Source: Obrimoposthia wandeli (Eukaryota). Taken from it: a stretch of DNA of 64,000 bases. Positions within the stretch are counted from its first letter, which is position 1. The number at the start of each line of letters is the position of its first letter. The position numbers and the translations under genes are program-made. Positions 33,966 through 43,626 of the stretch are shown one piece after another. Below the pieces are notes generated by a model that worked only from the letters and a program-made list of their open reading frames with translations, was not told the DNA's origin and made no database searches. The stretch spans positions 2,356,001 through 2,420,000 of the forward strand of contig CDROCS010000506.1 in NCBI GenBank assembly GCA_977020255.1, given 5' to 3'.

Positions 33966-34973
33966 ATGTTTAAATACGCGACGGCAATATCGATGGTACT
34001 GGCGAGCATGACTACGTTTAGTGCGCAAGCAGCTTCAGGTGCATGTGATCCGGGTGAGATCGTGATTAAATTTAGTCATGTGACCAATACCAGTAAACAC
34101 CCGAAAGGTATTGCGGCTTCATTACTGGAAGAACGAGTAAATAAAGAGATGAATGGTAAAGCTTGTATGCAAGTTTTCCCTAACTCAACGCTTTATGATG
34201 ATAATAAAGTGCTTGAAGCATTGCTTAATGGTGATGTGCACTTAGCCGCTCCTTCTTTATCTAAGTTTGAAAAAATTACCAAGAAATTCCGTATCTTTGA
34301 TCTGCCTTTCCTGTTTGATGATGTTGCTGCTGTGGATCGTTTTCAAAATTCAGAATCCGGTGAAAAATTGAAAAACTCAATGCGCCGCCGTGGTTTACAA
34401 GGTTTGGCATTTTGGCATAACGGTATGAAGCAAATGTCTGCTAATCGCCCGCTTATTTATCCTGAAGATGCCCAAGGTTTGAAATTCCGCGTACAAGCAT
34501 CTGACGTACTCGTTGCACAGTTTGAGCAACTCGGTGCCAATCCACAAAAAATGTCGTTTAAAGAAGTATACGGCGGCCTACAAACCAAGGTTATTGATGG
34601 CCAAGAAAATACTTGGTCGAATACTTACGGTAAAAAATTCTTCGAAGTACAAGACGGTGTCACCGAAACCAACCACGGTATTCTTGATTACCTCCTTGTT
34701 ACATCAAATCGCTGGTGGGCTAAATTACCGAATGATGTAAAAGTCCAACTACGTCAAATTATTGTTGAGGTTACAGCGACACGTAACGCTGAATCTTCAC
34801 GTATCAATAACGAAAACAAAGCTAATATTATCGCCGCTGGTGGCATCGTGCGTACGTTAACGCCTGAACAGCGCCAAGCTTGGGTGGATAAGCTACAGCC
34901 TGTTTGGTCTAAATTCGAAAAAGATATTGGTACTGACTTGATCCAGAAAGCATTAGCGTCGAATAAATCATAA
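33966..34973 (+). CDS. dctP: TRAP C4-dicarboxylate-binding periplasmic protein
   Basis: Signal peptide, KFSHV, FDLPFLF, GLKFRVQ and DGQENTWSN. ATG 33966 follows a GGAG RBS. Confidence 0.92.
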   Translation: MFKYATAISMVLASMTTFSAQAASGACDPGEIVIKFSHVTNTSKHPKGIAASLLEERVNKEMNGKACMQVFPNSTLYDDNKVLEALLNGDVHLAAPSLSKFEKITKKFRIFDLPFLFDDVAAVDRFQNSESGEKLKNSMRRRGLQGLAFWHNGMKQMSANRPLIYPEDAQGLKFRVQASDVLVAQFEQLGANPQKMSFKEVYGGLQTKVIDGQENTWSNTYGKKFFEVQDGVTETNHGILDYLLVTSNRWWAKLPNDVKVQLRQIIVEVTATRNAESSRINNENKANIIAAGGIVRTLTPEQRQAWVDKLQPVWSKFEKDIGTDLIQKALASNKS

Positions 34974-34979
34974 TACCAA

Positions 34980-35002
34980 GCGGCATAAGTTACTTATGCC
35001 GC
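34980..35002 (+). other. Intercistronic hairpin between dctP and dctQ
   Basis: GCGGCATAAG-tta-CTTATGCCGC. Such hairpins commonly favour binding-protein mRNA over permease mRNA (inference). Confidence 0.6.
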
Positions 35003-35027
35003 GTTAAGCGAATTGAAGGGAACCAAT

Positions 35028-35651
35028 ATGAATAATGGATTATGGGCACGCTTGGGGCGTATATCCGATAGTGTCGAAGAGCTAAATATAGCGGTGTCAT
35101 TAGGTGTGATGACCTTACTGACCTTTGCCAATGTAGTGTTTCGGTATTTGTTTAATGGCAATATTTTATGGGCGTTAGAACTAACCGTATTTTTATTTGC
35201 TTGGTTGGTATTGGTAGGAGCGTCGTACGGGGTAAAAAAACATTCACATATTGGTGTTGATATCTTAGTTAACATGGCCTCGGTTAAATTACGTAAGGTT
35301 TATGCTGTTATCGCCGTTAGTGCGTGTTTACTTTTTTCAGTCCTGTTGTTGATTGGATCGTGGAATTATTGGTATCCATTTATTACCGAACAGGCGTGGT
35401 ATGAAACCGATGATATTCCAATGCCAGAGTTTTTACAGTTCCTAGCTGATTGGCTTAATGAGGGGGAGCGTTATGAAAAACTACCGCGTTTTATACCTTA
35501 TTTTTCTTTACCGCTAGGTACGGCATTGCTGACATTTAGATTTGCGCAGCTGTTATGGCAAGTGCTCACTAACAAAATAGACCGTGTGATCGCAAGTCAC
35601 GAAGCTGAAGAAGCGTTGGCGGTATTGGATCAAAAAGATAACAAGGATTAA
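35028..35651 (+). CDS. dctQ: TRAP small permease
   Basis: VVFRY, WALEL and HIGVD motifs; four TM helices. Confidence 0.92.
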   Translation: MNNGLWARLGRISDSVEELNIAVSLGVMTLLTFANVVFRYLFNGNILWALELTVFLFAWLVLVGASYGVKKHSHIGVDILVNMASVKLRKVYAVIAVSACLLFSVLLLIGSWNYWYPFITEQAWYETDDIPMPEFLQFLADWLNEGERYEKLPRFIPYFSLPLGTALLTFRFAQLLWQVLTNKIDRVIASHEAEEALAVLDQKDNKD

Positions 35652-35654
35652 GTT

Positions 35655-37016
35655 ATGGTTTTAGGTATATTGTTATTGATGATCATCGGTTTCATGATGT
35701 TTGGCGTACCGATTGCAGTTGCATTGGGTCTATCAAGTATTCTGTTTTTATTGGTTAACTCGGATGCGAGTTTAGCCTCTGTGGCGCAAACATTATTTAA
35801 TGCCTTTGCTGGTCATTACACTTTATTGGCGATCCCATTTTTCATCTTGGCATCGACTTTTATGTCCACTGGTGGTGTTGCTCAACGTATCATTCGCTTT
35901 GCTATTGCTATCGTAGGTTGGTTCCCTGGCGGTTTAGCGATTGCTTCTGTGGTCGCATGTATGATGTTTGCTGCACTGTCTGGTTCATCACCTGCAACGG
36001 TTGTGGCTATTGGCAGCTTAGTTATCGCGGGTATGGTTAAGAATGGCTACAGTAAAGAATTCGCTGCAGGTGTTATTTGTAATGCCGGTACTTTAGGTAT
36101 TTTAATACCGCCTTCAATTGTGATGGTGGTCTATGCCGCTGCGACAGATGTATCGGTTGGACGTATGTTTTTGGCTGGTGTTGTACCAGGTACATTAGCC
36201 GGACTTATGCTTATTGTGGCAATTTTCATTACCGCGAAAGTGAAGAAACTGCCTGCACAACCGTTTGTGGGTTGGAGTGAAGTATTCCGTTCTGCCCGGG
36301 ATGCATCATGGGGACTAATGCTCATTGTCATTATCCTTGGTGGTATTTATGGCGGTATCTTTACACCGACAGAAGCGGCTGCCGTTGCTGCTGTGTACGC
36401 GTTTGTGATTGCTAACTTTGTGTATAAAGATATGGGCCCTTTTGCAGACAAGAAAAGTACTCAATCTGTCATCGTTAAATCATTTCATGTGTTATGTCAT
36501 CCGGACACCAAGAAAAGCTTATTTGACGCTGGTAAAATGACTATCATGTTGCTGTTCATTGTTGCCAACGCTTTAATTTTAAAGCATGTGTTAACTGAAG
36601 AGCGTATACCTCAGATGATCACTGAAGCCATGTTAAGCGCTGGTCTTGGACCTATCGCTTTCTTGATTGTGGTGAATGTATTACTATTGATTGGCGGCCA
36701 GTTTATGGAGCCATCAGGGTTGTTGATTATTGTCGCTCCGTTAGTATTTCCGATCGCGTTAGAGTTGGGTATTGATCCAATCCACCTTGGTATCATCATG
36801 GTGGTGAATATGGAGATTGGTATGATCACGCCACCGGTTGGCTTGAATCTGTTTGTTACTTCTGGCGTCGCACATATGTCGATGTTACAAGTGGTGAAAG
36901 CCGTGATGCCGTGGGTTGCCTTGATGTTGGTGTTCTTGATGATCGTGACGTATGTGCCTTGGGTATCAACCTGGTTACCAACCTTGATGATGGGACCTGA
37001 ATTAATCATTCGTTAG
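35655..37016 (+). CDS. dctM: TRAP large permease
   Basis: LLAIPFF, SGSSPAT, GTLGILIPPS and TPPVGLNLF motifs. Confidence 0.95.
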   Translation: MVLGILLLMIIGFMMFGVPIAVALGLSSILFLLVNSDASLASVAQTLFNAFAGHYTLLAIPFFILASTFMSTGGVAQRIIRFAIAIVGWFPGGLAIASVVACMMFAALSGSSPATVVAIGSLVIAGMVKNGYSKEFAAGVICNAGTLGILIPPSIVMVVYAAATDVSVGRMFLAGVVPGTLAGLMLIVAIFITAKVKKLPAQPFVGWSEVFRSARDASWGLMLIVIILGGIYGGIFTPTEAAAVAAVYAFVIANFVYKDMGPFADKKSTQSVIVKSFHVLCHPDTKKSLFDAGKMTIMLLFIVANALILKHVLTEERIPQMITEAMLSAGLGPIAFLIVVNVLLLIGGQFMEPSGLLIIVAPLVFPIALELGIDPIHLGIIMVVNMEIGMITPPVGLNLFVTSGVAHMSMLQVVKAVMPWVALMLVFLMIVTYVPWVSTWLPTLMMGPELIIR

Positions 37017-37057
37017 TGACTACATGCTAAAACAGAATCAAAAACGTAATGTAAAAT

Positions 37058-37088
37058 AAAAAATGGTCAGCATATGCTGACCATTTTT
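37058..37088. terminator. Bidirectional terminator between dctM and dctD
   Basis: AAAAAATGGTCAGC-atat-GCTGACCATTTTT. Confidence 0.85.
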
Positions 37089-37114
37089 AGTTGCTGAGTT
37101 TGTTGTAATAAACG

Positions 37115-38467
37115 TTATTTCAGCGGTTGTTCCTTATAGGCTTGTTTGTCTATTTGATGTTTTTGCATTTTGTCATACAAGGTTTTACGCGCTAGATTGA
37201 GCTGGTGCATGGTGTCTTTTATACTGCCATTGCAGCTTGTTAGCGCTTGCTCAATGAGGATTTTTTCGAACGCTTCAACTTGCTCTGATAAATTTTGCGT
37301 TAGGCTTGCTTGCGTCTCATTGGACGAGCTAAGGCCGGTCAGTTTCCCCAATAATATATAACGTTCAGCTGCATTTCGTAATTCACGCACATTACCTGGC
37401 CAGTCATGGGCAAGCAATGTCTGCACATCCTGAGGTGGTAAGGCTGGCACTGCTTTACAATATCGTGCGGCAGAGACTAATAAGAAATGGTGGAACAGAC
37501 TTTGAATATCATCGAAGCGTTGACGCAGAGGCGGTAAGTTGAGGGTGACGATATTGAGACGATAATAAAGATCTTGGCGAAATTTACCTTCGATAGCAGC
37601 TTGGGTTAAATCGACTTTGGTGGCGGCAATAATACGAATATCTAGGGGGATCTCTTTATTAGAACCGACGCGCTCGAGTGTTCTTTCTTGTAAAATTCGT
37701 AACAGTTTAATCTGTGCTTGCATGGGCATTGATTCGATTTCATCAAGAAATAAAGTACCACCTTGAGCGAATTCAAATTTACCGATACGTCGTTCTGATG
37801 CCCCTGAAAATGCGCCTTTCTCATGACCAAACAATTCACTTTCAATTAAGTTTTCAGGTACTGCTCCGCAATTGATTGCGACAAAATTATGTGTCCGACG
37901 GCTACTTTGTTCATGTAACGATCGCGCAACCAGTTCTTTACCTGTCCCTGTTTCACCGAACAATAAAATATCAGCAGGGGTATCGGCAATATGACTGATC
38001 ATCTCTCGTAATTCAATAATGGCTTTGGTCGTACCAATGATCCGTGGCCCGAGTGTTTCTTTGGCCTGTAGGGCTTTTTTTAAGGTTTTATTTTCTTCGG
38101 TTAACAAGCGTTTTTCGATAGCACGCTTGACTGATTCTGTTAGCCTGACGGAAGCAAATGGCTTTTCAATAAAATCATAAGCGCCATCGCGCATCGCTTG
38201 TACGGCGAGAGAAATATCACCATGACCAGTGATTAAAATAACGGGGAGGCTAGGGTCTTGTTGCATTAGCTTTAGCAGTAATTGATGGCCGCACAAACCT
38301 GGTAAGCGGATATCTGTGATCACCACTAGCGGCGTTTCGATAGCGAGCTGAGCCAATGCGGATTCCGCATCGGAAAAACACGTTACGCTAATCCCTGCCA
38401 GCTCTAAAGTTTGCTGATTAGCGAACCGTAAATCTTCTTCGTCATCAATAAAAAAAACCTGACTCAT
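37115..38467 (-). CDS. dctD: Sigma54-dependent response regulator, DctD-like
   Basis: Receiver domain (TDIRLPG), GETGTGKE, GAFSGA variant of GAFTGA, FLDE, WPGNVREL and a Fis-type HTH. Confidence 0.9.
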   Translation of the reverse strand: MSQVFFIDDEEDLRFANQQTLELAGISVTCFSDAESALAQLAIETPLVVITDIRLPGLCGHQLLLKLMQQDPSLPVILITGHGDISLAVQAMRDGAYDFIEKPFASVRLTESVKRAIEKRLLTEENKTLKKALQAKETLGPRIIGTTKAIIELREMISHIADTPADILLFGETGTGKELVARSLHEQSSRRTHNFVAINCGAVPENLIESELFGHEKGAFSGASERRIGKFEFAQGGTLFLDEIESMPMQAQIKLLRILQERTLERVGSNKEIPLDIRIIAATKVDLTQAAIEGKFRQDLYYRLNIVTLNLPPLRQRFDDIQSLFHHFLLVSAARYCKAVPALPPQDVQTLLAHDWPGNVRELRNAAERYILLGKLTGLSSSNETQASLTQNLSEQVEAFEKILIEQALTSCNGSIKDTMHQLNLARKTLYDKMQKHQIDKQAYKEQPLK

Positions 38468-38527
38468 TATTTATCCTATGATTTTATTATGCTCTCGTAT
38501 TACTGTAAGTATCGCTTCGTTATTATT

Positions 38528-40423
38528 TTAAACTAGCGGTATTATTTTCGCTGCGGGTATCTCTTTTGTCGAAGTCGCTGTAATCGTCGGTACTGGAATT
38601 GCCGTTGCAGACAGCGTTGTAGAAGGGGTTATCGTAGCTGAAATTGTCGCTATCGGTGCCATCGTCAACGGTAAACTAAGGCTGAACCTCGCGCCTGCGT
38701 TAGGTCTATTTTCTGCGGTAATATTACCCTGCATGTTGCGCATTATTTTGTGCGAAATAGATAAACCCAGCCCTAAACCTGTTTCTTTAGTGGTAAAAAA
38801 TGGGTCAAAAAGCTGAGACAAATTCTCTTTGCTGATCCCTGTGCCAGAGTCATCAACTTGAACAATTACCTGCTGTTGATCGCGACACAAAGACACATGA
38901 ATATGTTTGTCATTAGACTCTTCGACAGCTTGCATTGCATTGGATAGCAGGTTCACCAGTACTTGCTCTAATTGTACTTGGTCGACATTAACCAGAACTT
39001 CAATATTGGCATCATCAAGGGTGATCGCCACTTGATTACTTTTTAATTGCGGTCTGACTAACTCGATCGCCATATTAATTACATTGAGTAATGGCACCGG
39101 GTGTAATTCACCACTGGATTTACGGGCAAAAAACTTTAGCTGCGAGCTTATTTTTGCCATGCGTTCAGTTAAATGAATAATGCGTTGCAAGTTATCATCG
39201 GTAGATTGATATTGTTCACGTTGTAAGAATACCAAGGCGTTATCTGCATAACTGCGAATTGCTGCGAGTGGATTATTTAACTCATGACTAATACTGGCCG
39301 ATAGCTGACCTAATACCGCGAGTTTTGCGGTTTGAATTAATTCTTTTTGCGTGTCGCGTAGGGTTTGTTCCATTTTTTGGCGTTCAATTATTTCATTATT
39401 TAGATCAGCGGTGCGTCGCTTTACTTCTTGTTTCAGTTTGTATTTGGTTTTAATCCGCAGCAGCTCTTTGTCTTTGGCTCGTTGATGTTTATGCATCGAT
39501 AACTTTAAGCGTAAATTGAGTAACCAAAAAACCAGTGATAGTAATATCAGGCCAATGGCCATATCGATAAAAATAGTGGTTAGAGGAGTAAATACACGTA
39601 CTGTCCAGCCTGCAGTGGGCATAGCCTTACTTATCGATAAATAATTTGTAACGAATGGCTGAGAGGTTGTCAGCTGCAGTAATGTCGGGCTTTCTTGTAG
39701 TTGCCCTGAGAAATTGAGTGCCGCTATTGTTTTATTTCCATAGCGGCGACTTGCGGCTATTTGTTGCAACTTGTCTTTATTCAGAGGTGTTAAGCTGTGC
39801 AGTAACCACGACTCGGTGTTAGAGATGAAAATAACGTTATCATCATCGGTGACCATGAAGTGTGATTTTTTTCCGGTCCATTCTTTTTCGATTTTGGATA
39901 AATCCATTTTGACCACAACCACACCGATTATGTTGTCGGCGTGGATAACCGGTGAAGAAAAATAATAACCCCTTTGCCCAGATGTCGTACCTAAGGCAAA
40001 GTAACGCCCTTGCTGTCCTGTGACTGCCTGCTGAAAATAAGGGCGGAAAGCAAAGTTTTTACCGATGAAAGTTTGGTCTCCACGCCAGTTGTTGGCTGCA
40101 ATCGTGGTTCCGGTAATATCAAGCAGGTAAGTATCTGATGCACCAATGGTATTATTAACGTGTTTTAAATAACGGTTAGTTTTTTCTGTTAGCGGTGCGT
40201 TATCGATATCTTGTAAGCTGGCGACAACGAGTTTTTGATCAAAAAGTAATTTAGGTATCGCGTTAAAGCGTTGTAATTGACTTTGCAGGTGAGCGCTGAA
40301 AATATCCAATTGTTGATTACTTTGGCTGACTAATTTAGCGTAACCCGATCGCCAAATCCAGCTTGATAGAATAATCAAACTGATAAGATAAAAGCCAATT
40401 AGAAATTTTCGTGTTGTTAACAT
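38528..40423 (-). CDS. dctB: C4-dicarboxylate sensor histidine kinase, DctB-like
   Basis: TM-dCache-TM layout (FAFRPYF, GRYFALG), SHELNNP H-box and GLGLGL G-box; low-complexity C-terminal tail. Confidence 0.9.
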   Translation of the reverse strand: MLTTRKFLIGFYLISLIILSSWIWRSGYAKLVSQSNQQLDIFSAHLQSQLQRFNAIPKLLFDQKLVVASLQDIDNAPLTEKTNRYLKHVNNTIGASDTYLLDITGTTIAANNWRGDQTFIGKNFAFRPYFQQAVTGQQGRYFALGTTSGQRGYYFSSPVIHADNIIGVVVVKMDLSKIEKEWTGKKSHFMVTDDDNVIFISNTESWLLHSLTPLNKDKLQQIAASRRYGNKTIAALNFSGQLQESPTLLQLTTSQPFVTNYLSISKAMPTAGWTVRVFTPLTTIFIDMAIGLILLSLVFWLLNLRLKLSMHKHQRAKDKELLRIKTKYKLKQEVKRRTADLNNEIIERQKMEQTLRDTQKELIQTAKLAVLGQLSASISHELNNPLAAIRSYADNALVFLQREQYQSTDDNLQRIIHLTERMAKISSQLKFFARKSSGELHPVPLLNVINMAIELVRPQLKSNQVAITLDDANIEVLVNVDQVQLEQVLVNLLSNAMQAVEESNDKHIHVSLCRDQQQVIVQVDDSGTGISKENLSQLFDPFFTTKETGLGLGLSISHKIMRNMQGNITAENRPNAGARFSLSLPLTMAPIATISATITPSTTLSATAIPVPTITATSTKEIPAAKIIPLV

Positions 40424-40648
40424 TATTGTCACCTCTAGGCGTACAATAACGTAACATGGTTAATTTACAAATTAATGGCGTTGAGAGTGCGAAGTAGGCA
40501 CGGTTCATCGTGTTATTTTATTGCTTATTAAGCTATTTCCCAAGTACAGCGTTTGAGATTACAGAGGTTAAGAGTACTATGGTTGACAGTACGAACTTGA
40601 AATTAGAATGTTGATGATTGGATTTTTAAAGAAAGGATTTGCTTCATT

Positions 40649-41107
40649 ATGTTAGATTCGAAGGATAAATTGATTTTAGACTTGTTGCAACGTGATGCAT
40701 CGCTGTCAATTGCTGATCTTGCTGACAAAGTTAGCTTGACGGTATCACCTTGCTGGAAGCGATTAAAACGTTTAGAAGATAATGGTTATATTTTACGTCG
40801 TGTGGCGTTATTGAATGAACAAAAGCTCGGTCTCGCTTTGACGGCTTTTGTTAATATCAAAACCCAAAATCACAGTGATATCTGGTTTAAGAAGTTCGTT
40901 GTTAGCGTTAATGACTTTGCTGAAGTGATCGAGTTTTACCGTATGGCGGGTGAATACGATTACATGATGAAGGTATTAGTAAAGGACATGGCTGCGTTTG
41001 ATGTTTTTTATAAACGATTAGTGAATTGCGTCGATGGTTTAACCGATGTTACTTCTTCTTTTGCCATGGAAGGGTTAAAAAATACGACGCAATTACCAAT
41101 CACTTAA
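40649..41107 (+). CDS. decR: Lrp/AsnC family regulator, DecR (YbaO)-like
   Basis: [25 protein letters not shown] and DVTSSFAME match my recollection of E. coli DecR. Confidence 0.8.
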   Translation: MLDSKDKLILDLLQRDASLSIADLADKVSLTVSPCWKRLKRLEDNGYILRRVALLNEQKLGLALTAFVNIKTQNHSDIWFKKFVVSVNDFAEVIEFYRMAGEYDYMMKVLVKDMAAFDVFYKRLVNCVDGLTDVTSSFAMEGLKNTTQLPIT

Positions 41108-41145
41108 TACCTATCACTTAATTTATTTTTTAAATAAGTGTTTAA

Positions 41146-41190
41146 CATAGTTCTGAATCCATAGTTCTGAATTCATAGTTTGAATCATAA
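41146..41190. repeat. About 14-bp tandem repeat x3 overlapping the SCO stop
   Basis: catagttctgaatc catagttctgaatt catagtttgaat. A second duplication (atcacttaat) lies at 41099 and 41113. Confidence 0.8.
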
Positions 41191-41835
41191 CAGTAGCAGG
41201 TCTTCAGCTATTTTTTTAGCGCTGTGGGGCGGTGCAAATGCCGCCACATATTGGCCTTGTGGATTAACCAAGTACAGTCGTGACGAGTGATTGATAAGGT
41301 AACTTGTACGTTGGTCTTCTGGTATTGGCGCTGTGTAAGGTACAGAAACATATTTACCGTTATTGGCTAAAAATGTTTTTTGATAAATAACCCCAAAGCT
41401 AGCGACTAACTTATCTATCTCACTACTTGCGCCAGTCATACCGATAAAATCATCGTTATAAAAGTGCGTGTAAGTTGTCAGCATTTCATTGCTATCACGT
41501 TGTGGGTCAACAGAGATAAACACCACTTGTGGCATCTCTTTACCCGCATCAGCCATCATTCCCGCTACATTATTGAGATTGTATAGTTCTGTCGGGCAAA
41601 CATCTGGGCAGCTGGCATAACCAAAGAATACTAATGACCATTTATCTTTAAACAATGCATTGGTAAATTCTTGTTTATCACCGAGTGCAAACTCTGGCAG
41701 GGTGACCTGTTGCGGTTGCGCGTATGCGGTGGTAAATGTCGGTAAATTTGGCTGCTGCATCGTATTGGCCACTATAGCGCCTAGTGCACTAAGGCCGATA
41801 ATACCCGCGGCGATGATAGCCTTAGATTTTTTCAT
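41185..41835 (-). CDS. SCO1/SenC copper chaperone
   Basis: FFGYASCPDVCP (CxxxC), ISVDPQRD and a conserved His (INHSS). Confidence 0.92.
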   Translation of the reverse strand: MKKSKAIIAAGIIGLSALGAIVANTMQQPNLPTFTTAYAQPQQVTLPEFALGDKQEFTNALFKDKWSLVFFGYASCPDVCPTELYNLNNVAGMMADAGKEMPQVVFISVDPQRDSNEMLTTYTHFYNDDFIGMTGASSEIDKLVASFGVIYQKTFLANNGKYVSVPYTAPIPEDQRTSYLINHSSRLYLVNPQGQYVAAFAPPHSAKKIAEDLLLL

Positions 41836-41855
41836 TTTAAATCCCTTTATCGAAA

Positions 41856-42380
41856 CTAGTTATGTTTCATATCAGAATGGTCCATATTACCGTGGTCCAT
41901 GTTGCTATGATCCATCTTTCCATGATCCATTTTATTTTTATTGTTATCACGTTTCACAGGCATTTCAGCACTGACCTTTTCACCGTTCAATAGCGTAAAT
42001 GAAACATTAACAAGCTCGCCTGGTGCTGCAATCTTGTTTGGTTCTAATAGCATCACATGGTAACTGCCCGGTTTGAATTGAAAGATGGTATTGGCGGGGA
42101 TGGTGACTTGTTGCTGTTTTTGCATTGTCATCATGCCGTCTTTTTTAGCTGATAAATGCAGTTCACTACGACCAAAACCTTGCGCTTCAACATCAGTGAT
42201 AACAATAGGCTTATTGGTGTGATTCATCACGGTGAAGAACGCGGCTTGCACTTTTGCTGATGGTGGCGCTGCACGAACCCAAGAATCCATGATCATCAGA
42301 TTGGTTTTCTCTGCTGCAAATGTTGGTGCTGCAGATAAAATAGCGCTAGCGATAAGGGTCGTAATTATTGATTTTTGCAT
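41856..42380 (-). CDS. PCu(A)C copper chaperone with a His/Met-rich tail
   Basis: Signal peptide, WVRA, H-x10-M-x21-HxM motif (ELH...MTM...YHVML). Start at ATG 42380. Confidence 0.9.
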   Translation of the reverse strand: MQKSIITTLIASAILSAAPTFAAEKTNLMIMDSWVRAAPPSAKVQAAFFTVMNHTNKPIVITDVEAQGFGRSELHLSAKKDGMMTMQKQQQVTIPANTIFQFKPGSYHVMLLEPNKIAAPGELVNVSFTLLNGEKVSAEMPVKRDNNKNKMDHGKMDHSNMDHGNMDHSDMKHN

Positions 42381-42394
42381 TTGTTCATCCTGAA

Positions 42395-42850
42395 TTAATG
42401 AGTCGTCGTAGTAAATTGAAAAGGGACTAAATAAGGTTGACCGGCAACCGTAACTGTGAGGTCTGCTTGCCACAGCATTTCACCCAATATACAGATTGCG
42501 AGTGCCGTCTCGGCTTGATATATATTCTTATCGACAGCTTTAAGCACCGTAGGGAAACCGGGCATGTTCATGTTAACCCCATTAATCGTCACGCTGGCAT
42601 TATCAATTTTAGTGCCGTTTAAGTTAACGGATAATGGCGTCATCGGTTTGGCGTTAAATGGCGTGATCGAAAGGGTAATAGTTTGTTCTGGCGTAAGTTG
42701 CACTTTACATGCTTGTTCATTCACTCGGCAGTCTTGTTGCAGTGGTAATTGCACAGTATTGAGATCAAGCTGTGGCTGATAGAAAAAATTGAAATAACCG
42801 ACTGCGGCGGCAGAGATAATACTCACACCAACTGTTAACCATTTAGACAT
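42395..42850 (-). CDS. Hypothetical membrane-anchored protein with Cys and Met motifs
   Basis: N-terminal TM, CRVNEQAC, GVNMNM, AIC...W; first gene of the SCO/PCu(A)C cluster. Confidence 0.7.
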   Translation of the reverse strand: MSKWLTVGVSIISAAAVGYFNFFYQPQLDLNTVQLPLQQDCRVNEQACKVQLTPEQTITLSITPFNAKPMTPLSVNLNGTKIDNASVTINGVNMNMPGFPTVLKAVDKNIYQAETALAICILGEMLWQADLTVTVAGQPYLVPFQFTTTTH

Positions 42851-43063
42851 GGGTAAAGACTCTTATACTTGGCATTGGATCATGAAAAGAATATTCGTTC
42901 TATAATAAAACGATTAATAACATAATATTACTTTAATTTTAGCAGCAGATAAACGGGTAATGTAAGAAAACTATGGATAGCGCGTATTTCGTAGGGGGTT
43001 AGCTGTTGACGTAAAATAAGTTGATGCCGTTGATATCACATTGTCGGCATCAATCTACATAGG

Positions 43064-43600
43064 TTAATTCGAGTTGTTTTTGATTATTTTGTAGTGTGTC
43101 TGTACCAAGCCTGACGGGTAACATTGTGATGATAAGACAGTGACATCAAGGGCTGGTTGTGGTGCGTTAAATAAACGAATACCATTACCGAGTAGGATTG
43201 GAATGGTGGATATAATTAATTCATCGATAAGATCTAAGCGTAATAATGAGTCGGCTAAATTAGCGCCACCGAGTAACCAAATATTACCTTCGTTTGTGGC
43301 TTTTAATTGCTTGATCGTATTGGCTGGGTCGGTAATAAAAGTAACATTGTCATTGGGGATAATATCGGGTGAATGTGAGGCTACAAAGCATTGCTTATTG
43401 CCATAAGGCCAATCACCAAAGTCTTTAATGACGTTAAAGGAAGTATTACCCATCATCACGGCGCTGATACCTTCTAAGAACGCTTGATAACCGTAATCTT
43501 CACCTTTTACATCTACATGTGAGAGCCATGATATGTCATGGTCTGGCTTTGCTATATAACCGTCTAAACTTGTTGCTATATATAAAATAACGTTCGACAT
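43064..43600 (-). CDS. Dihydrofolate reductase-like / RibD C-terminal domain protein
   Basis: YIATSLDGYIA, WLLGGA, DELIISTIPILLGNGIRLF. Confidence 0.88.
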   Translation of the reverse strand: MSNVILYIATSLDGYIAKPDHDISWLSHVDVKGEDYGYQAFLEGISAVMMGNTSFNVIKDFGDWPYGNKQCFVASHSPDIIPNDNVTFITDPANTIKQLKATNEGNIWLLGGANLADSLLRLDLIDELIISTIPILLGNGIRLFNAPQPALDVTVLSSQCYPSGLVQTHYKIIKNNSN

Positions 43601-43626
43601 AATCATCGCTCCCAGTTGAATGCAAA

